A stretch of DNA of 64,000 nt, from the NCBI GenBank assembly GCA_963710755.1, contig CAVQBK010000003.1, positions 384,001-448,000 of the forward strand, in the 5' to 3' direction. The position numbers and the translations under genes are program-made. Positions 1-9,788 of the stretch are shown piece after piece; within the stretch, counting starts at the first letter, position 1; the number at the start of each line of letters is the position of its first letter. The stretch comes from an uncultured bacterium (GTDB lineage Bacteria; Oederibacteriota; JAAXVQ01; JAUVAV01). The notes below the pieces were generated by a model. That model made no database searches, had not been told where the DNA came from, and saw only the letters and a list, made by a program, of their open reading frames with translations.

Positions 1-75
1 GAAAAAACGGTAGCGCTGCCCAGGTCGTATGAAATAATTCAAATCCCTATAAAAACGCAGGCGTACTGTGGTCAT
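1..75 (-). CDS. 5' end of a gene running off the left edge; possibly Mut7-C ubiquitin/RNase domain protein
   Basis: Reverse complement from ATG at 75 reads MTTVRLRFYRDLNYFIRPGQRYRFF with no stop. This resembles the Mut7-C ubiquitin N-terminus (RFYxxLNxF). Only 25 codons are visible. Confidence 0.45.
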   Translation of the reverse strand, partial: MTTVRLRFYRDLNYFIRPGQRYRFF

Positions 76-183
76 GATCTTTTATTATACGCTTCTTTAC
101 CAACGGCACCAGCAGATTAGATGAGGAGACGAAATCGCTGTCCTTTAAGCTTGTCCACAGACAAGATTGCTAAAAGAAAGCGG

Positions 184-212
184 TTGACATTATCTTTTGA
201 AAATAATAAAAA
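184..212 (+). promoter_or_regulatory. putative sigma70 promoter for 269..805
   Basis: TTGACA (184-189), 17 nt, TAAAAA (207-212) in an AT-rich intergenic region. Confidence 0.5.
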
Positions 213-268
213 TATAAAACATCGTCAGCTCCTCCCACGCCTATATCAATTAGCCAGAAAGAAGTAAT

Positions 269-805
269 ATGCGCATCAGAACTGCTGATTTAGTCTCGGT
301 CAGACATTTTGTGGAAGAGCAGGGTTTGGAGCAGAAGGTCGCAGGTGTTCTGAATCCGGAAGAATGGGAACTTTTCAACACGGTTCAAGTCGATGATTGG
401 ATCCCTGTTACTTTACAAGCGTCCATTTATACCAAGATCGCCCAATTGGCCTACCCGGAAGATCATGAACCCATCTACAAGCTCCATCTGGTGGTGGCGG
501 AAAAATGTTATTCTTCTATTTATAAAATTCTACTCAAGATCAAGAAACTTGACGATATGCTCGATCATGGTCCGGAAATTTGGTCCTACCACTATGAACA
601 AGGCGAGCCCGAAGTGAAACGCATCAGCCCGAACGAAGTGGACTTTCTGGTTAAAAATTATCCGGCCTTGCCCATAGAAAGCATTGAAGTGACCAGGGCC
701 CATATTCATATTCTTATTGCCGCTACCGGCAAAAAAGAGATTACCGTAAAGCCTGATACCAGCAATCCCCAATGTTGGCGCTGGCAAGTGCAATGGCAAA
801 AGTGA
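269..805 (+). CDS. hypothetical protein, DUF2378/TIGR02265-like (HNOX/V4R-like fold inferred); paralog of 18911..19462
   Basis: 178-aa ORF sharing YPxD, IWSxxYExGE, KxYPxxP and terminal PQxWxWxVxW motifs with 18911..19462. Confidence 0.6.
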   Translation: MRIRTADLVSVRHFVEEQGLEQKVAGVLNPEEWELFNTVQVDDWIPVTLQASIYTKIAQLAYPEDHEPIYKLHLVVAEKCYSSIYKILLKIKKLDDMLDHGPEIWSYHYEQGEPEVKRISPNEVDFLVKNYPALPIESIEVTRAHIHILIAATGKKEITVKPDTSNPQCWRWQVQWQK

Positions 806-855
806 ATCCTGCGGTTATTTCCTGAGGGATCATTCTTTAAGTACAAAAACGCCGG

Positions 856-1107
856 TCATTTTTTCTGATCTTTGTTCATTTCCTTCAAATAGTCCAAATA
901 TTTATCCACAAAAACACCTGGTCGCATGGCCAGGGCGGAACACAATTTTTCCAGCATAGACAATTCCAGCTTGCTCACGCCGTTATTCCAGCGAATCAAT
1001 TGTTGGTAAGGGATACCCGTGCGGTTATGTATCTCATATACCGACAATCCGAAAATTTTATGCAACAATTTTTGGCCGCTAATCAGATTTTGATTTGACA
1101 TGATCAT
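856..1107 (-). CDS. XRE/Cro-like helix-turn-helix regulator
   Basis: 83 aa; LSVYEIHNRTGIPYQQLIRWNNG...LEKLCSAL is an HTH_XRE pattern; divergent from the ECF sigma gene. Confidence 0.75.
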   Translation of the reverse strand: MIMSNQNLISGQKLLHKIFGLSVYEIHNRTGIPYQQLIRWNNGVSKLELSMLEKLCSALAMRPGVFVDKYLDYLKEMNKDQKK

Positions 1108-1116
1108 CCTTCGATA

Positions 1117-1149
1117 GTATACTCCAAAGTATATTATTGTTGAGTATAC
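1117..1149. promoter_or_regulatory. inverted repeat, candidate operator in HTH/ECF divergon
   Basis: GTATACTC-N17-GAGTATAC; AGTATA also recurs at 1116, 1128 and 1143. Confidence 0.5.
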
Positions 1150-1196
1150 AACTGTAGGCTATAATAAATCAAAAGAGTGAGGATGACAAGGACAAA

Positions 1197-1889
1197 ATGA
1201 AAGCACCCCAACCCCCCCTTAAATTTAAGCCAGCCAACCCGGGCGCGGCCGGCCAAGGCGTCACCTTAACCCGTCCCAAGGCTGCAGCTCAGGCGGCAAC
1301 TCTGGCCAGGGCGGCCCATTATCAGGCTTTGCCGGAGGAAGAACTTGTCCGGCGTTGTCAGCAACAGGATCTGCATGCCTTTGAAGAATTGATACAGCGT
1401 TATGAAAAACTGGTGCTTAATCTCGTCAACCGCTTTTTACGTCATTCCTCCAATGTGGTGGATGAAGCTCAAGAAGTGTTTATCAAGGTTTTGACCAAGG
1501 TGGGCATGTTCCGTCAGGAAGCCCGCTTCAGTACCTGGCTTTATCGCCTGACAGTAAACCACTGTATGACCGTGATCCGCAAAAATAAACAACGCGTAAC
1601 CTGGATCGAGGCTACAGCTGAGCGCCGAGATCAGGAACCAGTGTCTCCAACGGCAGCACCTGATGCCAATTATATGGAGCATGTGCAAAAACGTCAATTA
1701 TGGCAAGCCATGGACCGGTTACCTGATGACCAGAAGCAGATTTTGATCTTTTATTATTATCAGAACTTAAAATACAGGGAAATCAGCGAACTGATGGGTT
1801 TGTCGGAAGGCACGGTTTGCTCACGGCTCTACCGCGCCCGCAGTTCCCTGCGCAAACATCTGAAACGTCGCTATCTTTCCCTTTCTTAA
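1197..1889 (+). CDS. ECF-family RNA polymerase sigma-70 factor
   Basis: Region 2 (DEAQEVFIKV...FSTWLYRLTVNHC) and region 4 (LPDDQKQILIFYYYQNLKYREISELMGLSEGTVCSRLYRAR); Ala/Pro-rich N-terminal extension. Confidence 0.92.
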   Translation: MKAPQPPLKFKPANPGAAGQGVTLTRPKAAAQAATLARAAHYQALPEEELVRRCQQQDLHAFEELIQRYEKLVLNLVNRFLRHSSNVVDEAQEVFIKVLTKVGMFRQEARFSTWLYRLTVNHCMTVIRKNKQRVTWIEATAERRDQEPVSPTAAPDANYMEHVQKRQLWQAMDRLPDDQKQILIFYYYQNLKYREISELMGLSEGTVCSRLYRARSSLRKHLKRRYLSLS

Positions 1890-1916
1890 CACCTTCTAGC
1901 AAATCCTCCGCATTCG

Positions 1917-2235
1917 CAGGGCAGCCGCAGGCGTCCTTATCAGAATAATATTTAACCGGTCAGGGCAGCCGCAGGCGTCCTTATCAGAATAATATTTAAC
2001 CGGTCAGGGCAGCCGCAGGCGTCCTTATCAGAATAATATTTAACCGGTCAGGGCAGCCGCAGGCGTCCTTATCAGAATAATATTTAACCGGTCAGGGCAG
2101 CCGCAGGCGTCCTTATCAGAATAATATTTAACCGGTCAGGGCAGCCGCAGGCGTCCTTATCAGAATAATATTTAACCGGTCAGGGCAGCCGCAGGCGTCC
2201 TTATCAGAATAATATTTAACCGGTCAGGGCAGCCG
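1917..2235. repeat. perfect tandem repeat, 7 x 44 bp plus 11-bp partial
   Basis: Unit CAGGGCAGCCGCAGGCGTCCTTATCAGAATAATATTTAACCGGT starts at 1917, 1961, 2005, 2049, 2093, 2137 and 2181; partial copy at 2225-2235; no spacers. Confidence 0.97.
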
Positions 2236-2284
2236 GGTAATTTAATCGTTTTTCGCCAACAAGAGCAGCAGTGCTCTTTTTTAA

Positions 2285-2311
2285 GGTAACCTTTATTTGC
2301 CTCCAAACGTA
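2285..2311 (+). promoter_or_regulatory. candidate ECF-type promoter upstream of DUF4139 gene
   Basis: GGTAAC-N17-CGTA, matching the AAC...CGT signature of SigW/SigX-like ECF promoters. Confidence 0.4.
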
Positions 2312-2399
2312 TTATTAGCAACGGGCTAGCCTGGTTTTAAATTTGGCCGTTAAGGCCGATACTAAGGGCTAGCATCAGTTACTTATCTGGAGGTTTTCC

Positions 2400-4061
2400 A
2401 TGGTCAACATCCGGCACGCCTTATTAATCATCATTACACCCTTCCTGTTCGTCACAGCTGCAGTGCAGCCTGTTGTGGCTTCCACGGCCAGCCGCATTGA
2501 TGAAGTAACGGTATATTCAGACCGGGCTCTGGTGGTGCGCAGAGCGCAGGTGACAGTTCGGCCCGGGGAACAAACGCTTGCTTTTAAGCATTTGACAGGC
2601 AGCATGGATCCCAACACGGTCCAGGTTAAAGGACAAGGCAGCGCGGCCATTAAAGGCGTGAAGGTGGAACAGGTGCATATGGATGAAGCCACGGACAGTG
2701 ATCTGAAAACCCTGCAGGACCAGTGGGATGAAATCAATGAAGCCATGGCCGACCTGAATGACAAAGTCAACAATGTCAAACACGAAAAAGACTTTGTGGA
2801 AGCCATTGCTAAGCGGCTGACTACGGCCACGGACAAAGCGGATCAAGCTTCCTTCGATCCTAAAAAATGGATTGCCATGGTTGGGTTTTATCGGGGCAAG
2901 TTGACCCATTTGGACAAGGAACTGCGTCAAGCCCAAGCCGCTTTAAAACCATTGCAGGTAAAAAAGCAGAAGCTGGAACAGGACATGAACATTGTCAGGG
3001 GCAGAATTCAATACACCAAATATAATGTTGCAGTTATTTTGACCGCTGCCCAGGAAGGTCAGGCCACGCTGGAAATAAGTTATGTGGTCATGGGACCCAA
3101 CTGGCAGCCTCAATATGACATTCGGGCTGATTCCAAACAAGCCACAGTTCAGGTCGCTTATCATGCTGCCATTCGGCAAAACACAGGGGAAGATTGGCGG
3201 CAAGCCAAAATCCTGCTTTCCACCGCGCAACCACAGGCTGGAGATACGCAGCCTAATCTCAACCCCTGGGTCATCAGTCCCTATGTTCCAGCACCCCGTG
3301 GGAGGCGGCAGGCCTTGAAAGCCCGGCCCAGATCCCGCGCGGCCTCTATACCATCTGTGGCAGCCGCTGAAGCATACCGCGAGGATGCTGCACCTGCACC
3401 CATGCCTGTCATGCAGGCGCAAGTGCAAGAAAGTGGCACGGCTATTAATTTTGATATCAAGGGTCGCTATTCCGTGCTGAGTGATAATCAGCCCCATCAA
3501 GTGACCATCATGATTCAGAATTTCCCCGCCAAATTTACCTATGCCGTGGTGCCCAAGTTGATTAAACACGCTTATTTGAAAGCGGAAATTACCAATGACA
3601 CGGCTTTTCCTTTGTTGGCGGGAGAGACCAATGTGTTTCTGGACAATAATTACGTGACCAGCGGCAGTCTGGAAACAGTAGCGCCTTCGGAAACGTTCCA
3701 AGCCTCTTTAGGCATTGATGAAGGCATCAAGGTGGAGTACAAGCTTGTCCACCGTCAACAGGAAACCCAGGGCATGTTTGGCGGCAGGACACTTGTCAAG
3801 TTTGAGTATCTCATCACCCTTACCAATCACAAGCGTCAGGAACACCGGCTGGTCATTCAGGACCAGCTGCCTCTGCCCAGCCACAATGATATTCAGGTGG
3901 AACTCATCAGTCCCGAACTACGTCAAAACAACGACCAGTTCGCCAAAAGCAGCCAGAATCTTCTGGAATGGCATCAAGCTCTCAAGGCAGGCCAAAAACT
4001 GGAAATTCCCCTCAAGTTCAACGTATCTTACCCCGAGCAAATGAAAATACAAGGGTTGTAA
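2400..4061 (+). CDS. DUF4140/DUF4139 (mucoidy inhibitor MuiA-like) secreted protein
   Basis: Signal peptide; IDEVTVYSDRALVVRR, coiled coil, WQPQYDIR, IRQNTGEDW, LLSTAQP, LGIDEGIKV; GGAGG RBS. Confidence 0.88.
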   Translation: MVNIRHALLIIITPFLFVTAAVQPVVASTASRIDEVTVYSDRALVVRRAQVTVRPGEQTLAFKHLTGSMDPNTVQVKGQGSAAIKGVKVEQVHMDEATDSDLKTLQDQWDEINEAMADLNDKVNNVKHEKDFVEAIAKRLTTATDKADQASFDPKKWIAMVGFYRGKLTHLDKELRQAQAALKPLQVKKQKLEQDMNIVRGRIQYTKYNVAVILTAAQEGQATLEISYVVMGPNWQPQYDIRADSKQATVQVAYHAAIRQNTGEDWRQAKILLSTAQPQAGDTQPNLNPWVISPYVPAPRGRRQALKARPRSRAASIPSVAAAEAYREDAAPAPMPVMQAQVQESGTAINFDIKGRYSVLSDNQPHQVTIMIQNFPAKFTYAVVPKLIKHAYLKAEITNDTAFPLLAGETNVFLDNNYVTSGSLETVAPSETFQASLGIDEGIKVEYKLVHRQQETQGMFGGRTLVKFEYLITLTNHKRQEHRLVIQDQLPLPSHNDIQVELISPELRQNNDQFAKSSQNLLEWHQALKAGQKLEIPLKFNVSYPEQMKIQGL

Positions 4062-4073
4062 ACCAGGTCGGCA

Positions 4074-7000
4074 CTATTTAAGCACAGCTATTTTGAAAGG
4101 CCCAAGACGGCAGGATCGGCCGTCTTGGGTGTAGGACATAAGATAATAATACAGGCCCGGGGCCAGAGATGCGCATGACCACTCCAGCATTCCGGCAGCC
4201 GCATCGTCCTGTCGTAGGTAGGCCACTTTATCTCCGGTTAAATTGTAGACCACAATGGTCCAATCCTGAACATCGGTTTGTGGACAGACAAAGGTCACCC
4301 GGTCACGGCAGGGATTGGGATAAGCGGTGACATGGTCCAGCACGGCTGGTCTGGGTGTGCGCGTGGCCGAGGCGGTTGGTCCCGAGCCGGCTGGCAATTG
4401 GCCAGTAATGGCCGCAGAAGAATTGCTTTGGCCGCGGCTATTGGTGGCGGTCAGTTTATAGTAATAGGTAATAGGTACTTGAACAGTCGTGTCTTCAAAT
4501 TGCGGAAGCGTAAATTCATTGTAAATCACTTGTCCAACCTGATGTCCGGCATCGCAAACAAAATCCCGGATCAAGCCACGGTAAATCACATAGTGTTGCA
4601 CTTCTTCGTCCACAGCATTATGCGTCCAGTTCACAATCAATGAAGACGTCGACGCCGTCAAGGTCAGACCTTGCGGTGCAGATGGATAGGCCAGATTGGG
4701 AGTGGCTTGAACTTCATTGGAAGGGAGACTGCTGTTGCCTTGGCTGTCGTTTGCCACCAGATAATAATAATAGGCGATTCCATTGCTACAGGCTACATCC
4801 GTAAAGCTTTGGGTATTCTTGGCGACGGTGGTTAGTTTAACGGGTGTGGCACTATGGGGTACCAAGGCCCGAAAGATAACCACATTTTCCAAAGCATAAG
4901 TGCCGGCCGAAGGTGCATGCCAAGTCAGGACTACCTGTTCGTTGATCGCCGAGGCGGCTAAATCATTGACTGTGGAGGGCAAAGCCAAAGGCGTGACCGA
5001 GGCCTCGTTGGAATAAGGGCTTTCATTATTCAGGCTGTCAAGGGTGGTCAGCTTATAATAATAGACCATTCCATTAACCAGCGTGGAGTCAGTGTAGGAC
5101 AGCCCAGAAATGACATTGACATTGACAGGTGTGGGAGTCTGGCCATTTGGACTGAGACCACGATAGACCTGATAACCAGCTACGGGATTGCTGCCTGCCA
5201 GCGCTGGCTGCCAGTTTAGCTGCACAGCCTGATCATGGGCCTGGACCTGTACAGTCAAAGGGGCCGAAGGCAATACAAACCCAGCGGTTGGCATTACTTC
5301 CACTTCCGCCGTGGAACCGCAGGTATTACCCATACTGTCCAGAGCGATTACCCGATAAAAATAAGAAGTGTTGTTGGTTAAGCCTGAAAGGTCAGTATAA
5401 GAAGTTGTGGTCAACGGCAAGGCATTGGCCACCAACGTGTTGCTGTCATGGCTTACAGTACTTCGCAGTACATTGTACCCGGTGATGGGATAGCCCGCAC
5501 TTGCAGCTGTCCAGGCCAGGGATGCTTGCTGATCGCCGGCCACGGCCAGCAAATTTCCAGGCGACCGATAGACCGAGAAGGGCGCCAAGGTGAGGACGCT
5601 GGTCTTACCCACTTGATCTTGGGCTTGTACAGTGATTTGATAAAACCCCGCTTGCATGGCCGTCAGCTGCTCGCTCATATACCCCGAGCCAGCGGGATAC
5701 ACGCCGGTGCCCATCCAAAATACCATGGGTGAGAGCGCCTGGCCGGAAGGATCCATAACCGTCATGGTACATGTCATCATGCCTGCTTGTGTGGCATCGT
5801 CGGCTACATCCATATAAATGGTGAAAAAATCATTTTGACCAACGGTTTTGGCTTCATATTCACGATAGGTGGAAGAGGTGAGAAAGCCGGACGTAATCCA
5901 TCCGCCCTGAATCACAGGAGGGGTGCTGTCGGCCATGACTTCAAAAGCTGTGTCCGGAAAAGTGGTGACCAATTGGGAGGAAGCAGTATTACCGGACGGA
6001 TCGGTGACCAGCACATGGACCTGATACCGACCTGCCTGGCTGGTGTTGGAGAAGGGATAGTTCAAGGCACCCTGGGATGCGACTATCTGAGTAACAATAG
6101 TGGCATCGGGCTGGGTGATATCCAATTGAATGGTCAGGTCGCCGTTACTATTGTCCTGGGCCTGAATCTGCAGCCAAACGGTTTCCATGGGTGCAACCAG
6201 GCTTTTGTCCGCGGTAGCGCTTAAAATAACCGGCGCCTGGGTATCGGCATTGACGGTAACGGTCAAGGTCTGGCTATCGGTCTGTTTATTACCGGAGATG
6301 TCCTGCGCCTGGACACGTACCTGGTAATCGCCAGTCAACCCCGTAGCCGCATAAATCCCAGTGAATGATGATGATCCGGCAATGCGGGTCAAAGGACATT
6401 GATCCACACTGGCATCAGGCCCGGTAATTTGCGCCCATACGTGGCTGCTGACCTCGTCATTATCGGTGACCACGGCCGTGATGGAAATGTTTTGGTAAGC
6501 CGCGGCTGTACTCGGCCCGACGAAGCGGTCATTAATAATGGGCGGAGTCTGGTCATTGTCCAGACGCAAATCCCATTCGGCCGTGGGATCGCCAAGAAAC
6601 GTGAATTCCGAGGTGCCCACATAAAAATAATAGAGGGCGCTGAAATTGATGCGGCCATTATCGAAATATTGGGTTTGCATCCCCTGGGTCAAGGCATTAA
6701 TCATCCCGCCGGCGGAGCCGAACGTAATTTCTTTATAAGCTCCTATATAGCCAATGGCACCGCCGTGCGGCGTTTTAAAAAAACTTTCTGCTATTGAATA
6801 GGGGGCATCCAATTTGCCGGTCAGACAAGCCGCGGCATACACAAAGGGGCATTGGCTGCCATTAGTTAGATATTGGTTGTGGCTGAAAAGGTAATTGACT
6901 TGGCCCCAGGTGGTGTCCGAGCCATGGCCATAATAGCCCAGCACGCCAATGCCGCCGTTAATTTGACTGACAATGGTAAAGGGAATCACACCTTCGCCCA

Positions 7001-7559
7001 ATTCAACGGGTTGCAGCTTGGAGAAACTATTTAAATGATTGGTCAGCCAACCGCAGAAGACGGCAGTTCTGGTCCAGGCAGCGCTGCCGTCATAAGCTGC
7101 CCAATAATTGGCCATGGTCTGAACTTGCGCTAAGGTCGTGCCGGGCAGGCGGCCGCCCAGCACGGCGACACTGCCACTGTAGGGATCACTGTCCAAATCA
7201 AAATAAAATTTATCACTCAGATTGACGGCATTGTAAAAAGGAATCACGCTCTCATCACCGCCAAAAAGCACATAAGAAATGGACCAGGTGGCGTAGGCAT
7301 CGGTTATGAAGGCGCGTACTTTGTCCTGCAAAGTGGCGCCCGCGTAGGCAGTGGCGATGGCTTCGGTGGTAAACACACGAGTAGTTAAACCGTTATTATT
7401 CTTAGAGATCACATAACCATCAAAAGCACTGACCCAGTCCGCCTTGGTGATGATCACATACTGGGCCGCCGTACCGGTGCACAGCCCGGCCCGACCATTA
7501 GCCGGTATGGCCAGGGTTAACATACAGAGGAACAAAAAGGACGCTCTAAGCCTGCTCAT
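4074..7559 (-). CDS. C25 (gingipain-like) cysteine peptidase with Ig-like/FN3 repeats and T9SS-like C-terminal domain
   Basis: Signal peptide; YVLFGGD, GRLP, YYGHGS (His), AACLTG (Cys), GGAIGYIGA, FLGDP; about four FN3 repeats (YYYxxxAxxSxG); CTD AYPNP...VYNLTGDKV...PGLYYY...KIAVLK. Confidence 0.85.
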   Translation of the reverse strand: MSRLRASFLFLCMLTLAIPANGRAGLCTGTAAQYVIITKADWVSAFDGYVISKNNNGLTTRVFTTEAIATAYAGATLQDKVRAFITDAYATWSISYVLFGGDESVIPFYNAVNLSDKFYFDLDSDPYSGSVAVLGGRLPGTTLAQVQTMANYWAAYDGSAAWTRTAVFCGWLTNHLNSFSKLQPVELGEGVIPFTIVSQINGGIGVLGYYGHGSDTTWGQVNYLFSHNQYLTNGSQCPFVYAAACLTGKLDAPYSIAESFFKTPHGGAIGYIGAYKEITFGSAGGMINALTQGMQTQYFDNGRINFSALYYFYVGTSEFTFLGDPTAEWDLRLDNDQTPPIINDRFVGPSTAAAYQNISITAVVTDNDEVSSHVWAQITGPDASVDQCPLTRIAGSSSFTGIYAATGLTGDYQVRVQAQDISGNKQTDSQTLTVTVNADTQAPVILSATADKSLVAPMETVWLQIQAQDNSNGDLTIQLDITQPDATIVTQIVASQGALNYPFSNTSQAGRYQVHVLVTDPSGNTASSQLVTTFPDTAFEVMADSTPPVIQGGWITSGFLTSSTYREYEAKTVGQNDFFTIYMDVADDATQAGMMTCTMTVMDPSGQALSPMVFWMGTGVYPAGSGYMSEQLTAMQAGFYQITVQAQDQVGKTSVLTLAPFSVYRSPGNLLAVAGDQQASLAWTAASAGYPITGYNVLRSTVSHDSNTLVANALPLTTTSYTDLSGLTNNTSYFYRVIALDSMGNTCGSTAEVEVMPTAGFVLPSAPLTVQVQAHDQAVQLNWQPALAGSNPVAGYQVYRGLSPNGQTPTPVNVNVISGLSYTDSTLVNGMVYYYKLTTLDSLNNESPYSNEASVTPLALPSTVNDLAASAINEQVVLTWHAPSAGTYALENVVIFRALVPHSATPVKLTTVAKNTQSFTDVACSNGIAYYYYLVANDSQGNSSLPSNEVQATPNLAYPSAPQGLTLTASTSSLIVNWTHNAVDEEVQHYVIYRGLIRDFVCDAGHQVGQVIYNEFTLPQFEDTTVQVPITYYYKLTATNSRGQSNSSAAITGQLPAGSGPTASATRTPRPAVLDHVTAYPNPCRDRVTFVCPQTDVQDWTIVVYNLTGDKVAYLRQDDAAAGMLEWSCASLAPGLYYYLMSYTQDGRSCRLGPFKIAVLK

Positions 7560-8219
7560 TCAATGCACGCCCTGACCAAAAAAGGCTTGTTCCGGATTGA
7601 CCAGCTTTTGACGGATAACGCGGTCCACCTGATTGATCGGTGTGGGAGAGGGTGACCAGCCGGAAGACTGCAAAGTAATGGTCAGCTTGAGCTGGTCGTA
7701 ACGGATTAACTGTAGCGTTGTTCCTTGGTATTTGTAGGGATAGACCAAAAGTCTTAAGACGGTGGTGCTCCCCATGCGGGTTGTTTCCTGATCCACCCAG
7801 TGGGAGGGATAAAGCTGGGTTTGATGATACAGGCCGGGAGCAGCGACCAAGGCCGGCGGACTCACGCCAGGCCTGGGAATATAGTCACGCCGGACCGGCT
7901 TGAGCGGCGCGCTCAGGTTGCGGGATATGGGCGTGCCTTCCACCTGGATGTCTTTAACCACCGCCCCAGCAGGAATGGAGATGAGGTATTCCAGCACCGG
8001 CAGTTCGGGAGCCTCGGCCTGCTTGGTAAGCTGTCCTGACCAGGAACCCGGAGTTATCGTCAGCCAGGGCGGTTGGGCACTCAAAGACAAAGGCGTTACA
8101 TGATCACTGAGCATAATAGTGACGGTTTGGTGGTCACGTTCCACATGGTAGGCGGGCCGGGCCCACAAAGGGGTAACCCCCAGCAGCAGCAAGCCTATAA
8201 GCAAAGGGGATTTGAGCAT
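7560..8219 (-). CDS. stand-alone C25 propeptide-like protein
   Basis: Signal peptide; APELPVLEYLISIPAGA, YP, LLVYPYKY...YDQLKLTI and LVNPEQ match the C25 propeptide pattern; abuts the peptidase start codon. Confidence 0.75.
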   Translation of the reverse strand: MLKSPLLIGLLLLGVTPLWARPAYHVERDHQTVTIMLSDHVTPLSLSAQPPWLTITPGSWSGQLTKQAEAPELPVLEYLISIPAGAVVKDIQVEGTPISRNLSAPLKPVRRDYIPRPGVSPPALVAAPGLYHQTQLYPSHWVDQETTRMGSTTVLRLLVYPYKYQGTTLQLIRYDQLKLTITLQSSGWSPSPTPINQVDRVIRQKLVNPEQAFFGQGVH

Positions 8220-8372
8220 CCATCCTCCTGGCTGGATCTGACTTCACCATAACAAAAGAGCAACCCCTGGATAAATTGGTGAAATCTGAAAAGGTAATTA
8301 CTAATGCCCGGGCGAAGGCTGTATAAAGCAGAGATAATTAACTATATCATGTGATGTATTGAGGTAATAGCA

Positions 8373-8800
8373 ATGAAATTAAATCTCTATCAGGAGAAAG
8401 ACACTTATGGCTACTCCAAACGGCCCATGATCAAGTGCGCCATATCCTGGAACTAGTTCCGGATAGGAGCAAGTCCCGGCGCGTATAAAAAAATTGATCA
8501 GGCACATCAATGTTTTTGAGATGGATATTATCGGGCCTGTGGCACTGACCCATCACGCTTTTGAAATTGTTCATCCCTTTTTTGATAGAAACGGCAGGGT
8601 GGGCAGGTTGCTCATGATCGCCCAGTTACTGTTCCAAGGGTTGCCCTCAGCCATTGTTAAATATGAAAACCGTTAGGCTTATTATTGGGCCTTGGATCAG
8701 GCTAATGAGCAGGAAACCGGACAACTCATTCAATTTGTGGACGAGTCCATTTTAGCCGGGTATGAGTGGTTAAAAAAACCACCGGTCCAAGTTTCCCGGT
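8373..8800 (+). pseudogene. Fic-domain pseudogene
   Basis: HHAFEIVHPFFDRNGRVGRLLM is the Fic motif with G->R. There is an in-frame TAG at 8674-8676, and the RBS-linked ATG at 8373 is out of frame. Confidence 0.75.
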
Positions 8801-8806
8801 GGGAGT

Positions 8807-9643
8807 TTAATTTACCTCAAAAGTCTTGCTCGCATAGGGCACATGCAGATCTCCAAAGGGCGTGGAAAAGATAATATCCCCATCCACTGCAATTTCCGCT
8901 TTACGGTTAATCAGGGCGTTGGCCAACATGCTGATGCCCTTGCCCAAGGTGTTGGTCATCAACAAAGATATAACCTGGCTCTCGCCGGCACCACAGACCA
9001 TCTCGCTCTGACCTTGCACTAAGGTGTAGACCTGGTTATTCATGTGCATGCGTGTGTCCGCCTGGGCCAGAGTGATGGGAAAGGTATTGCCGTTTTTAAG
9101 TTTCAGCAGAATGGTAAAGTGATCTCCGAAGGGCGAACCTTCGGTACGGTAAAAGCTAAGCAGAGGCAGTTGCGGTACCGGCCGGGCTTTTTCAATCCTA
9201 AAGGGAATTTCACGAAAGGGCAGGTCCGTGTTGATGAACAGGGTACCGCTAAAGGCAGCCTGGTAACTGGCGTTTTTCGACTTGGAAACCACTTGCGCTA
9301 CCAGATTTTCCCAGGTCAGTATGAAGGGAAAAGAGACTACTTGGCGGTGCCGACCGGAGAACACATCAAAACGGTCATAGCTGCCGGTAACCAAAGGTTT
9401 ATGATTGATTTCAAAAGTATAGTCCATGCGGCTAACAGGCAAGGTGATGGGCATGTTGTTTTTAATTTCCATGTCCACCTCGAACTTGACGCCCTGAGGT
9501 GTGATGGCTACGGAATTAAATTTTTTAAAGGTAAGGGTAGGGGACATGGGTTCAAGCACTTTAGGCATACTGGCGCATCCGGTTAGAATGGCCAGGGCTA
9601 AGGCCGCGCTAAGGACAAATGTAGGCGATTTGAGTTTCATCAT
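8807..9643 (-). CDS. LEA type-2 (WHy) double-domain lipoprotein
   Basis: Lipobox ILTGC; two NxxP-type motifs (IKNNMPITLP; LKNGNTFPITL). Confidence 0.75.
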   Translation of the reverse strand: MMKLKSPTFVLSAALALAILTGCASMPKVLEPMSPTLTFKKFNSVAITPQGVKFEVDMEIKNNMPITLPVSRMDYTFEINHKPLVTGSYDRFDVFSGRHRQVVSFPFILTWENLVAQVVSKSKNASYQAAFSGTLFINTDLPFREIPFRIEKARPVPQLPLLSFYRTEGSPFGDHFTILLKLKNGNTFPITLAQADTRMHMNNQVYTLVQGQSEMVCGAGESQVISLLMTNTLGKGISMLANALINRKAEIAVDGDIIFSTPFGDLHVPYASKTFEVN

Positions 9644-9788
9644 GCCTCCTTGGAGTTCCCGGCCCTTTGCCGGGACTAATAGCAGGGTTAAAACAGCGGC
9701 TGCTTAGCCGGGATGCGTTACTATCGGCAAGCGCGCTAAAGCATTAAAGAAATATGGTAAAGGATAAAAAATGAGGAATAGTGGGAGT

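Noticed and set aside
1917-2235. CRISPR array
   Set aside because: All units are identical with no variable spacers, and there are no cas genes in the window.
8494-8874. Amber (TAG) recoding in the Fic gene
   Set aside because: The gene also has a frameshift and a mutated motif, and intact genes here (trxB, the UbiA-family gene) end normally at TAG.
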